A model generated the notes under the pieces. The model was not told the DNA's origin and did no database searches. It worked only from the letters and a program-made list of their open reading frames with translations. Positions 22,244-30,524 of a DNA stretch of 64,000 nt are shown piece after piece. The stretch lies in contig JAKLKB010000033.1 of the NCBI GenBank assembly GCA_023150835.1, positions 2,411-66,410 of the forward strand, in the 5' to 3' direction. Origin of the DNA: Myxococcota bacterium (GTDB taxonomy: Bacteria; Myxococcota_C; UBA6777). Numbering within the stretch: the stretch's first letter is position 1; every line of letters starts with the position of its first letter. A program made the translations under genes and the position numbers.

Positions 22244-23188
22244 TTAAGGGAAGGGTTGGCGGAAGCTGGCACGAAACAGACTGGGGTCGACTTTCGGGAG
22301 TTCGGGGAGGACGGAGACGCGCTGGCTTTGGTAGAATACCGCACCATCGACGATGCCGTACACCCACAACGCTCCGAAGATCCCGAGCGCAGAGAACTGG
22401 ACGATCTGCCAAGCGAATGCGGCGTTGGCATCGGCGCTGGAGCGAAATTGTCCAGCACCCGGGCCGCTTTTGATCACCATCGCATCGACCACAAGGAAGC
22501 TGGCGACATTCATCGCCAATGCAACAACAGATCCTCCTGCGATCAACGAGGCTTTGAGCAGATGACCGTTCTCAAATTGCGGCACACCAAACGGCAGCGG
22601 GATCAAAAAGGGGTTTGCTTGTTTGATCTGGCGCGTGACACGCAGCACAAGCACTTGGTTTTGGATGTTTTTTTCAGGCGTTCGGCGGAGCAGAAAAGGG
22701 CGCTCACGCAAAACGTCTTGGCGCAGTTGCGTATAAAAGCGCACCAGATCAGGCGGATAGTAGGCTGGATCAAGGCTTTGCAAAAACGGATTGAACAAGA
22801 TGTATTCTTCGAGAAAGCGGCGGGCTTGTGTGAGGTAGGCTTTTCGGCGCGGATCCGTTGTGGGAAAGCGCTTGCGATCGGAAAAGTAGGCAAAACCTAA
22901 ATAACGACTGGCTTGGGCGCGTTGGGCGCGTGTACGCAGTTTGCCCGGGCGAGGAAATAGCAACGCCCGCAATTGTTTGATGGCTTTGGCCAGATCGCCG
23001 TATTCGTAAGAGTTGATCGCATCTTTGAGTTCGTCTTCAGGGGAGCGATCTTGGGCGTAAACAGGGGACTTGACCGAAACACCGAGAAGCCACACCAAAA
23101 AACAACCCAACAGCCAACGCGCCATCCTGTTGTGAGCCTTCGGTCTGATGGGTGTTTTTGCAACGATGTTGTGATCTTTCGGTTTCAT
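22244..23188 (-). CDS. Hypothetical exported/membrane protein. The start ATG overlaps the stop of the upstream Ser/Thr kinase (ATGA).
   Basis: Signal-like segment 'MARWLLGCFLVWLLGVSVKSPVYAQD' beginning at the second Met (23125). The first ATG at 23188 overlaps the kinase TGA. Hydrophobic C-terminal helices. Confidence 0.5.
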   Translation of the reverse strand: MKPKDHNIVAKTPIRPKAHNRMARWLLGCFLVWLLGVSVKSPVYAQDRSPEDELKDAINSYEYGDLAKAIKQLRALLFPRPGKLRTRAQRAQASRYLGFAYFSDRKRFPTTDPRRKAYLTQARRFLEEYILFNPFLQSLDPAYYPPDLVRFYTQLRQDVLRERPFLLRRTPEKNIQNQVLVLRVTRQIKQANPFLIPLPFGVPQFENGHLLKASLIAGGSVVALAMNVASFLVVDAMVIKSGPGAGQFRSSADANAAFAWQIVQFSALGIFGALWVYGIVDGAVFYQSQRVSVLPELPKVDPSLFRASFRQPFP

Positions 23189-25818
23189 GGGCGTTTTTGC
23201 AACCGAACGAGCAAAGGTGGGCTAGAAGGAGTAGGGAAGGCAGCACCTGCTTGAAAGGTGATCTGGCGCTGCCAAGGCACATAACCATCCCGACGCACCT
23301 CGATCTGGGCGATGCGCTGAGAGGAACGTTCTTCGGTGATCGGGATCTTAAAAACATAAGTGCCGGTCTCTACGGCCTTTTGAAACTCTCCCCAGAGTTC
23401 GCCGTCCACGCTGAGGGAGGTGGTGTGTTGTTGGCAGTCAAGGCAAACAAGCCGAAGCTGCGCTGCTTTCCAAGGAAGGCGTGTGCGAAATGTCGGCATC
23501 TCGGGTTCTTCCGACAGCTTTTGAAACGGAAGAGGCCGCCACCCGCGATCTTTTTGGGTGCTTTGCCAGATCATGCCTGTTGCGGGGACTCGAAGGTAGG
23601 TTTGAAAGGATTGGACGGCTTGGAGACCATCCACTTTGAGCAAGAGGATGACGCCTTGGTTGGGGGCAGAAGGTACCGAAAAAATATACTTTCGACCGCC
23701 TCCTTGGGGGGGGACGACAGGATCTCCGTCGAGATTGTAGATGCCGATGTGTTTGGCCCAAGGTAAGACCCAGACGCGCAAAGAACGGGGCGGTGTGGCG
23801 GCTGGCTTGGCTTGGTTGGCTTGCCGGACTTGGAGGCTGTGGGCGGTGGCTGCGAGCAGGCGGAGCTTTGGGCCAAGACGCCGCGCATCCGAAGTGGTCA
23901 GACGCCCCCACAACGTCGGCAGCGCAGCTTCTCCAAAATAGCGAACGGTGCGCAGATCGCGCCAGATACCGCGTTTTGCGCGTGTACTGTGGCGAACCGA
24001 TCCGCGTAGCGGGATGCGCAAATAACCGCGATAGGCCAGTTTTCCTTGTCCACCGAGGGCGCGGATCTCGATCAACCGCCCGTCATCAGGGGCAGAAGGA
24101 ACTTGGAACACAAAAGCAGCTTGTTGTCCTTGGTGAGGCACGAGCGGCTGGCCTGTTTCATCAAGCAACTCGACGGCATCTGCCCACGGACGAAAGATCA
24201 ATCGTATCCGAACGCTCGGATAGATGGGCAACACAGCAGGCGGTTGTGTGGTCAGACCCGAGGAGGCGACGAGACGAGTGCGTCGCAACGTGCGTTTGCT
24301 TTTGGTGCGTTGGATCTGCTTGCGGTGATCGGCGGTGAGGTGGAGAAGCGTTGGGGGTAAAGAGGGCGGTGGTTGCGGAGAGATCACGCGCACACGGCTC
24401 GGTTCGGTGGGGCGAGGCAAGAGGGTGGGGCGAGGCGAGAGGGCGGGGCGCGTGGAAAGAGACAACGCAGAGGGCGAGAGGGCGGGGCGCGTGGAAAGAG
24501 ACAACGCAGAAGGCGAGACGAGGACACGATGTTGGAGAGGGGATGTGCGGATGGAGGTCCACCAAAACCACGTTCCACCCGCGCAAGACAACAGAAGAAT
24601 GGCTGCCGTTGTCCAGAGCCAAGCAGAGCGCGGATACGAAGTGTGCGCAGAGAGGCTCCGTACCACCTGCAAGATATCGGGATCGCCGGGGCGCAAACCC
24701 AGCAAGCGATTGCACAGATCGAGGGCTGCGGCGATCCGCCCTTGGGATCGAAGGGAGCCGATGCGACTTTTGAGGTGCGCTTCGATCTGCTCTTGGAGTC
24801 GCAGCGCGGCTTCGCGTGGAGCGCAAAAGTAATCACGGATCAATCGCTGAGGGTCAGAGATCCCCGAACCTTCCAGATATCGTGTGATATCTTCGCGCAT
24901 CTTGGCGATCGATTCATAACGATCCGATGGATCGCGTGCCATCGCTTTGTGCAAGATCGCCGATAACTCCCGTCCCATCGCAGGTTTCAACATCTCAGGC
25001 TCGGGAAATTCGCACAGCGTGACAGCTTGTAAGATCGCCGCAGGACTGCTGCGGCCTCGCAAAAACGGGTGTTTCTGGCAAACCAAGCGATAAAGGATCA
25101 CACCCAAAGCAAAGATATCCGCACGATGATCTCCGAGCATCCCGTCTACTTGTTCGGGGGCCATATAAGCAGGCGAGCCCAGCACCGTCCCTGTGCGCGT
25201 CATCGACTCGCCATCCATCACCCGCGCCAAGCCAAAGTCTGTCAGTTTGATCTCGCCGTCTTCTTGGAGCATGACGTTTTCGGGCTTGAGATCCCGATGG
25301 ATGATCTGTTGTGCGTGAGCGTGTTCGAGTGCGGGGAGCAACGTCGCAAGCAACGCCACGCCGATCTCGCACAGCGGGAGTTCTTGCTCTTCGAGAAATT
25401 GTTGCAGCGTTCGCCCGCGAATGTACTCCATCACCAAAAAAGCAGGGGCGGTGGAAAAGGTCTCTTTGTTGCCCTTGCTGTCTTTGAGATCTTTGCTGTC
25501 TTTGTTTTCGGCGGATGGAGCGAGATTTGAGGCGGTGTCGCCAGAAAAGTCGAACACTTCGACGATCCCGGGGTGGCGGAGACGTGCGATGGCTTGGGCT
25601 TCGCGGCGGAAGCGCTCGCGGTGAGCGCGATCACGGGCAAGATGAGGATGCAGGATCTTGATGGCGACGTCGCGTTGGAGAAGCCGATCACGCCCTCGGT
25701 ACACCGTGGCCATGCCGCCTTGACCGATCTCGTCAAGCAGTTCGTAGCGCTCAGTCAGGGTGTGGGTGTGAAAGGGTGGAGATAACAATGTTCTTCCCCT
25801 TGTGTTAAGGCGGCCCAT
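23185..25818 (-). CDS. Ser/Thr protein kinase with a transmembrane segment and a large C-terminal extracytoplasmic region.
   Basis: Hanks motifs 'IGQGGMATVYRG', 'AIKIL', 'HRDLKPENVM', 'DFGLA', 'APE'. TM 'LWTTAAILLLSCAGGTWFWW'. In-frame ATG at 25818 ('MGRLNTRG…'). Confidence 0.8.
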   Translation of the reverse strand: MGRLNTRGRTLLSPPFHTHTLTERYELLDEIGQGGMATVYRGRDRLLQRDVAIKILHPHLARDRAHRERFRREAQAIARLRHPGIVEVFDFSGDTASNLAPSAENKDSKDLKDSKGNKETFSTAPAFLVMEYIRGRTLQQFLEEQELPLCEIGVALLATLLPALEHAHAQQIIHRDLKPENVMLQEDGEIKLTDFGLARVMDGESMTRTGTVLGSPAYMAPEQVDGMLGDHRADIFALGVILYRLVCQKHPFLRGRSSPAAILQAVTLCEFPEPEMLKPAMGRELSAILHKAMARDPSDRYESIAKMREDITRYLEGSGISDPQRLIRDYFCAPREAALRLQEQIEAHLKSRIGSLRSQGRIAAALDLCNRLLGLRPGDPDILQVVRSLSAHTSYPRSAWLWTTAAILLLSCAGGTWFWWTSIRTSPLQHRVLVSPSALSLSTRPALSPSALSLSTRPALSPRPTLLPRPTEPSRVRVISPQPPPSLPPTLLHLTADHRKQIQRTKSKRTLRRTRLVASSGLTTQPPAVLPIYPSVRIRLIFRPWADAVELLDETGQPLVPHQGQQAAFVFQVPSAPDDGRLIEIRALGGQGKLAYRGYLRIPLRGSVRHSTRAKRGIWRDLRTVRYFGEAALPTLWGRLTTSDARRLGPKLRLLAATAHSLQVRQANQAKPAATPPRSLRVWVLPWAKHIGIYNLDGDPVVPPQGGGRKYIFSVPSAPNQGVILLLKVDGLQAVQSFQTYLRVPATGMIWQSTQKDRGWRPLPFQKLSEEPEMPTFRTRLPWKAAQLRLVCLDCQQHTTSLSVDGELWGEFQKAVETGTYVFKIPITEERSSQRIAQIEVRRDGYVPWQRQITFQAGAAFPTPSSPPLLVRLQKRP

Positions 25819-26055
25819 CTTACAGGATGCCGTAGGGCCTCGCAAGTTCAGATTCTGTTCTTTCCCCTCTTTCCGCTGCGTGCGCTGCCTTGCTTGTTTC
25901 TGTTCGAGGTCTTGTTCTTGGCGCGCTAGGTTGCTTGGACGCAACATCAAGCCAAAAGCTTGCATGGCTTTGCGATGTCAACGCTGCGCCAGATCAAAAA
26001 AATTATCGGACCTTCTTGTGTTTTTGAGGCTTATTTTTTGGAGGCCTGTTTGATC

Positions 26056-28488
26056 ATGGACGCATCCAAGCTTTTTTGTTTTCGACGCATTCTGGGGATC
26101 TTGTTGCTTCTTGGGGGCGTGGGCGTATGGTTTTCTTTGTTGGCTTGTGACGATTATCTCGGTGGTAGCGAAACAAACACAGAGAAAACCGAGAGCGCCA
26201 CCGAAGCCAACCCACCCGAAGAACAGGCTAACCCACCCGAAGAACGCATCCAAAACCCCGAAGAACAGGCCAACCCACCCGAAGAACAGCCCCAATTCCC
26301 CGAAGATAGTGGAATCGAGCAAGGCCCCGAAGAGTCCGTCCTCACCGAGCCTCTTCCTGAAAAAGGACCCGCACAAGAGCGTTCTTGCGCTCGCACGATC
26401 CGCCTCGATACGCGCAAGTTGCCCGGGATGTGTGATGGCGCTTTACCCGATACCATCACTCGCGTCCAAGCTGCGGGCGAATTCAACGCTTGGAACAAAA
26501 CCGATCCGTTGTATGCCCTCCAAGATGCCGACAACGACGGTGTGTTTGAAGGATCGATCTCTCCCCCCGCTGGATCGCACGCTTACAAGTTCGTTTTGAA
26601 CGATAGCGTCTGGTGCATCGATCCCGGAAACCCACAAGAAAAATATGACAACAACATCCGAAACTCTTTGTTGTTAGTCGACGATTGCAAGATGCCTTCC
26701 TTGACATTGGAGCGCCTACACACACCCGCAGGAGCCAAAACGCTCGAAGCCGACGTGCGTTTCTGGCGAGGACAGGGCGGCGGAGACTTTGACAGCCGAT
26801 CCGTTTCGATCACCCTCAACGGTCAGCCTTATACCCAAGCAAGTGTACAGACTGACGGGACGATCCAGATCCGTATGCAAAATGCGGCTTTTGATCGCTA
26901 CACTTTCCGCATCGACGCCAAGGACAAAGACGGTAAAAGCGCAAAGCAGCTTTATTTTTATGGATGGGTCGAAGAAAAAGCCTTCGACTGGCGCGATGGG
27001 GTAATGTACTTCGCATTTGTCGATCGCTTTCACGACGGCGATCCCAAAAACAATGCACCTGTCAACAACATCGCCACACTCGCAAACTACCAAGGCGGCG
27101 ATCTCAAAGGAGTTCTCAACAAGATCCAAGACGGCTACTTTGCCTCGCTTGGTGTCAACGTGATCTGGCTTTCGCCTTTGTATGCAGGCCCAAACCAAGG
27201 AGAACTGGGGTTTGATGGGCGGCGATACAGCGGATATCACGGTTATTGGCCGACCGCTGCACGCAGCATCGAACCCCGCTTTGGAGACTGGGAGCTTTTG
27301 CGCCAAGTCGCACGCGCTGCTCACAAACAAGGCATCCGTCTTCTCGTCGACCTCGCCTCCAACCACGTCCACAGCCAACACCCCTACTTTCAAAACAACC
27401 CAAGCTGGTTCTTTCCCCGCGAGCTTTGCACCGATATCAATTGGAGCAAGCCGATCTCTTGCTGGTTTGATCAATTCCTTCCTGATATCGACTATCAAAA
27501 ATTTGATGCTGCCGCTGCAATGACCGCTGATACGGTGTTTTGGGCGCAAGAAGGCGAGCTCGATGGCTTCCGCGTCGACGCCGTCAAACACATGATCCAC
27601 CTATTCACCCGAAACGTTCGTGCTGCTCTTGAGCGCGAAGTCACACACCAACAACACCATTTCTATCTCGTCGGCGAGACCTTTACTGGCGCGTGGGATT
27701 CGGGCGGTGGGCAGATCATCAAGGATTATGTCAGCCCCGAAGAGCTTTCTGGGCAGTTTGACTTTCCGATCTTTTGGGAGTTTGTCGGCTTATTTGCGCG
27801 ACGCGAAGCCAGCTTCAATTTTTACCGACTGGACGGCGTGATCAAAGAAGTCATCGACAAAAATTATTACGGCAGCGCAAGCATCATGAGCAACTTTATC
27901 GGAAACCACGACGTTCCGCGCTTTGTCTCCCAAGCTGCGGGGCAGATCAGCAATATGTTCAGCGGTGATCGCGGTCGTGCGTGGGATTCCCCTCCCGCTC
28001 TCCCCCAAGACGCCACTCCCTTCAAACGCCTTCGCGTCGCCTTTACCCTATTGATGGGGCTTCCCGGTATCCCCTTGATCTATTATGGCGATGAAGTCGG
28101 ACTCCCGGGCGAAACCGATCCCGACAACCGCCGCATGATGCCTTGGAGCGGCTACTCCGCACAACAGCAAGCCACACTCGATCACCTGAAAAAAGTCGCC
28201 AGTCTACGTCGATCTCACCCCGCCCTCCGCTCTTATCAACGACAAACCTTGTTCGTCGACAATGAACGCTACGCCTACCTTCTCACCGCAGGAAAGCAAC
28301 GCATCATCGTTGCCTCCCGTCGTTCGGGCGATGCCACTCTTTCGATCCCCGTCCAAGGCATCGTCGCCGACGGAGCCTCTGTCCAAGACCTCCTCCGCCA
28401 AAGCAGCCTTTCCCCGCAAGGTGGACGCTTGGCCCTCCCGCTGGACGAAGACGACGCCACCTACCTCTTGCTCCCCGATCTCCCCTGA
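26056..28488 (+). CDS. Alpha-amylase family glycoside hydrolase (GH13), a lipoprotein with an N-terminal 'NPPEEQA' repeat linker.
   Basis: GH13 conserved regions 'LVDLASNHV', 'GFRVDAVKHM', 'YLVGETF', 'FIGNHDVPRF'. Lipobox 'FSLLAC'. ATG 26056 chosen for the signal peptide. Confidence 0.85.
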   Translation: MDASKLFCFRRILGILLLLGGVGVWFSLLACDDYLGGSETNTEKTESATEANPPEEQANPPEERIQNPEEQANPPEEQPQFPEDSGIEQGPEESVLTEPLPEKGPAQERSCARTIRLDTRKLPGMCDGALPDTITRVQAAGEFNAWNKTDPLYALQDADNDGVFEGSISPPAGSHAYKFVLNDSVWCIDPGNPQEKYDNNIRNSLLLVDDCKMPSLTLERLHTPAGAKTLEADVRFWRGQGGGDFDSRSVSITLNGQPYTQASVQTDGTIQIRMQNAAFDRYTFRIDAKDKDGKSAKQLYFYGWVEEKAFDWRDGVMYFAFVDRFHDGDPKNNAPVNNIATLANYQGGDLKGVLNKIQDGYFASLGVNVIWLSPLYAGPNQGELGFDGRRYSGYHGYWPTAARSIEPRFGDWELLRQVARAAHKQGIRLLVDLASNHVHSQHPYFQNNPSWFFPRELCTDINWSKPISCWFDQFLPDIDYQKFDAAAAMTADTVFWAQEGELDGFRVDAVKHMIHLFTRNVRAALEREVTHQQHHFYLVGETFTGAWDSGGGQIIKDYVSPEELSGQFDFPIFWEFVGLFARREASFNFYRLDGVIKEVIDKNYYGSASIMSNFIGNHDVPRFVSQAAGQISNMFSGDRGRAWDSPPALPQDATPFKRLRVAFTLLMGLPGIPLIYYGDEVGLPGETDPDNRRMMPWSGYSAQQQATLDHLKKVASLRRSHPALRSYQRQTLFVDNERYAYLLTAGKQRIIVASRRSGDATLSIPVQGIVADGASVQDLLRQSSLSPQGGRLALPLDEDDATYLLLPDLP

Positions 28489-28489
28489 T

Positions 28490-28721
28490 CCTCCCCCCGC
28501 TGCGTACAACCCTGAGCCTTCGTCCTTGCTTCCCGATCTCCCCTGATCCACCCCCCGCTGCGTACAACCCTGAGCCTTCGTCCTTGCTTCCCGATCTCCC
28601 CTGATCCACCCCTCGCTGCGTACAACCCTGAGCCTTCGTCCTTGCTTCCCGATCTCCCCTGATCCACCCCTCGCTGCGTACAACCCCGAGCCTTCGTCCT
28701 TGCTTCCCGATCTCCCCTCGC
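28490..28721. repeat. 58-bp tandem repeat x4. The first copy includes the last codons and stop codon of the amylase gene.
   Basis: The 'tgcgtacaac' anchor recurs at 28501, 28559, 28617 and 28675. Unit is 'tccaccccNcgctgcgtacaaccctgagccttcgtccttgcttcccgatctcccctga'. Confidence 0.8.
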
Positions 28722-29008
28722 CCTCGCTCCCCCACACCACACCCAAACAACATGACACGGATGTCATGCTTTGAACTTCTCCCCTCCCTTTCCAACACCT
28801 CGCCGAAACCTCTCTCTTTCTTTAACTCTTTGTCTTTTCTTGCTTTCTTATAACCTATTTCAAATGGAACACGATTTGCCCTACGGCCTTCTCGTCAAAA
28901 CAAAGCGTTGCATCGCTTGTTGCTCCTCGAAAGAAATGTTTGTTTTTTTCTTGTGTTCTTTTTTGTTTGCTTGTATCTCCTAGCCACTTTTGTTGAATCG
29001 CTTTTGTT

Positions 29009-29150
29009 TGTTGTGATGGTTTGTGTGTTTCTTGTGTTGTGATGGTTTGTGTGTTTCTTGTGTTGTGATGGTTTGTGTGTTTCTTGTGTTGTGATGGTTT
29101 GTGTGTTTCTTGTGTTGTGATGGTTTATGTTGGTTGTTTGGTTTGTGAGT
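29009..29150. repeat. GT-rich 26-bp tandem repeat (~5 copies) inside a locally AT-richer non-coding stretch.
   Basis: 'gatggtttgtgtgtttcttgtgttgt' recurs with period 26 (29041, 29067, …). Confidence 0.75.
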
Positions 29151-29372
29151 TGTGTGTTTCTTGTGAGTGATGGATTCTTTTTTTGTTGATTTGGGTGTTT
29201 GTGCTTTTTGTTTGAGCCAATTGCCTATTTGAATGTTGTTTCTTTGTGACGTTGTTTTGTGTGTTGGATTTGTTCGGAAGCATCTTTGTTTTGGTAAGTG
29301 TTGTGTTTGTGTTTTTTTGAAAGAATATGTTGGTGACTTGTTCACCGCGTTGAAATGTGAGAGATCGGCCAC

Positions 29373-29400
29373 GCAAATGCGTGGCTTTTTTTTTGTGCAT
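29373..29400 (+). terminator. Candidate Rho-independent terminator on the + strand.
   Basis: 'gccacgcaaatgcgtggc' is a perfect 8-bp stem with a 2-nt loop, followed by 'ttttttttt'. Confidence 0.55.
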
Positions 29401-29500
29401 TTGCGGCTTTGTTGGAGTGCAGAAGCCCAAAGGGCGGCCAATGTAGGCGGTTGCAAAGAGAAGCGGCGCAGTAGACAAAACCCCCGTCATCGCGCACTTT

Positions 29501-29616
29501 CAAGCGGAGCCGCTGTGGGTTTGAAAAGCGTCAGATCGGTCCGCCAACACGGGGTCAAGGGGCGACAGTCCCTTGTGGGGAGTGGGGCAAAGCCCCACAA
29601 CATCTATCCAACAAGT
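29501..29616 (+). repeat. Structured repeat family 'A': 'caagcggagc…ccgccaacacggggtcaaggggcNacaggtcccttgtgggg' plus a 'GGGG…CCCCACAA…CCATCCAACAAGT' tail.
   Basis: ~85% identical to 33527..33609. The tail motif recurs at 30464 and 33847. Two hairpins in tandem (CAAGGG/CCCTTG and GTGGGG/CCCCAC). Confidence 0.6.
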
Positions 29617-29685
29617 GACACCTTTGCAAAGAGAAGGCTGCTGTAGCGTAGAGGCTGTTGTGGAGCTGCAAAAACAGGAGCGTGG

Positions 29686-30396
29686 GTGATGTGGAGCAAT
29701 GGGCATTGGGCGGCGTGGCGCAGGGCATGGTTGTGCGGGTTGTGGTTGTGGGTTGGGGGATGGCAGACGAGCGCAAAGGCGGAGACCAGTACAGCTTTTG
29801 GTGGCGCGTTGTTGCGAGGCGGTGAAGTGATCTTAGCGGGTGGAGTGGGGTTTCCAGAGGCTTTTTTTCATTTTGATTTTGCGAACTCTTCGCAGCTCAA
29901 TTTAGCGTTTCAAGCGCGGGTCAACTACAATCTGGGGCTGCCGTTTTTTGGGGGGTTTGGTTTTGTGAGCATCCCGATGCGGATCGGGATCGTGCAAGAT
30001 CCCAAGTTTTCTTTTGCGCTCAAGCTTGATCCCGGCGGATTCTTGGGCGGAAGTGGAAACGTCTTGCCGTTTCTTGCGGGAGTGCAGCTTGGGATCGGTG
30101 CGTTGTTTACGTTGCACGTCGTCGAGCGTTTCAATCTGAATTTTGGTGTCGAACTGCCGATGTTGTTGAGTTTTGATGTGGAGAATCGTTCTCGGGTGGT
30201 GGGTTTTCACCTTCCCATCGAGCTTTTGATCGGAGGGGAGGTCGAGATCAACGAGCGCCTTTCGTTGTTTGCGAATGTGAGCGGCGGGCCGTATCTGTAC
30301 GTCGGCAACTTGGCGCGGCGCTTAACTTTTGGCATCGGGGATGTGGTTGTCTCGGGTTCGTTTCGGTTTTTGGTTGGGGTGATCTGGCGGCGCTAG
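29686..30396 (+). CDS. Outer membrane beta-barrel protein (small porin / OmpA-like barrel family).
   Basis: Signal peptide 'WLCGLWLWVGGWQTSAKA'. Alternating hydrophobic beta-strands with a terminal aromatic ('…FRFLVGVIWRR'). Confidence 0.6.
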   Translation: MMWSNGHWAAWRRAWLCGLWLWVGGWQTSAKAETSTAFGGALLRGGEVILAGGVGFPEAFFHFDFANSSQLNLAFQARVNYNLGLPFFGGFGFVSIPMRIGIVQDPKFSFALKLDPGGFLGGSGNVLPFLAGVQLGIGALFTLHVVERFNLNFGVELPMLLSFDVENRSRVVGFHLPIELLIGGEVEINERLSLFANVSGGPYLYVGNLARRLTFGIGDVVVSGSFRFLVGVIWRR

Positions 30397-30524
30397 ATCG
30401 GTGGGGTGGGTACCTGTTTTTTTGCATAGGTTGTAGTTAGGATGGGGGGCGTTGTTTGTGCGTGGGGGGGAACCCCACACAAACCATCCAACAAGTCCAT
30501 TCGACAAGCAAAAGGAGTGTGAGG

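Noticed and set aside
22268-22286. 'TGGCACGAAACAGACTGG' resembling a sigma-54 −24 element.
   Set aside because: There is no GC at the required +10 spacing for the −12 element. It also lies inside a coding region on the wrong strand.
28204-28798. Minus-strand ORFs (187 and 164 aa) with repeated 'GRSGSKDEGSGLYAA…' peptides.
   Set aside because: They are translations of the 58-bp tandem repeat. The period is not a multiple of three and there is no start context.
28771-28983. 70-aa Cys-rich small ORF ('…MEHDLPYGLLVKTKRCIACCSSKEMFVFFLCSFLFACIS').
   Set aside because: It sits in an AT-rich repeat-laden stretch with no ribosome-binding site and odd codon usage. It could be a leader peptide, but the evidence is insufficient.
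29501-29616. Riboswitch or cis-regulatory leader reading of repeat-A elements (including a B12-box-like 'GCCACAG').
   Set aside because: Copies occur in inconsistent orientation relative to downstream genes. The similarity to any known aptamer consensus is too weak to assert. Left as a structured repeat pending an Rfam scan.
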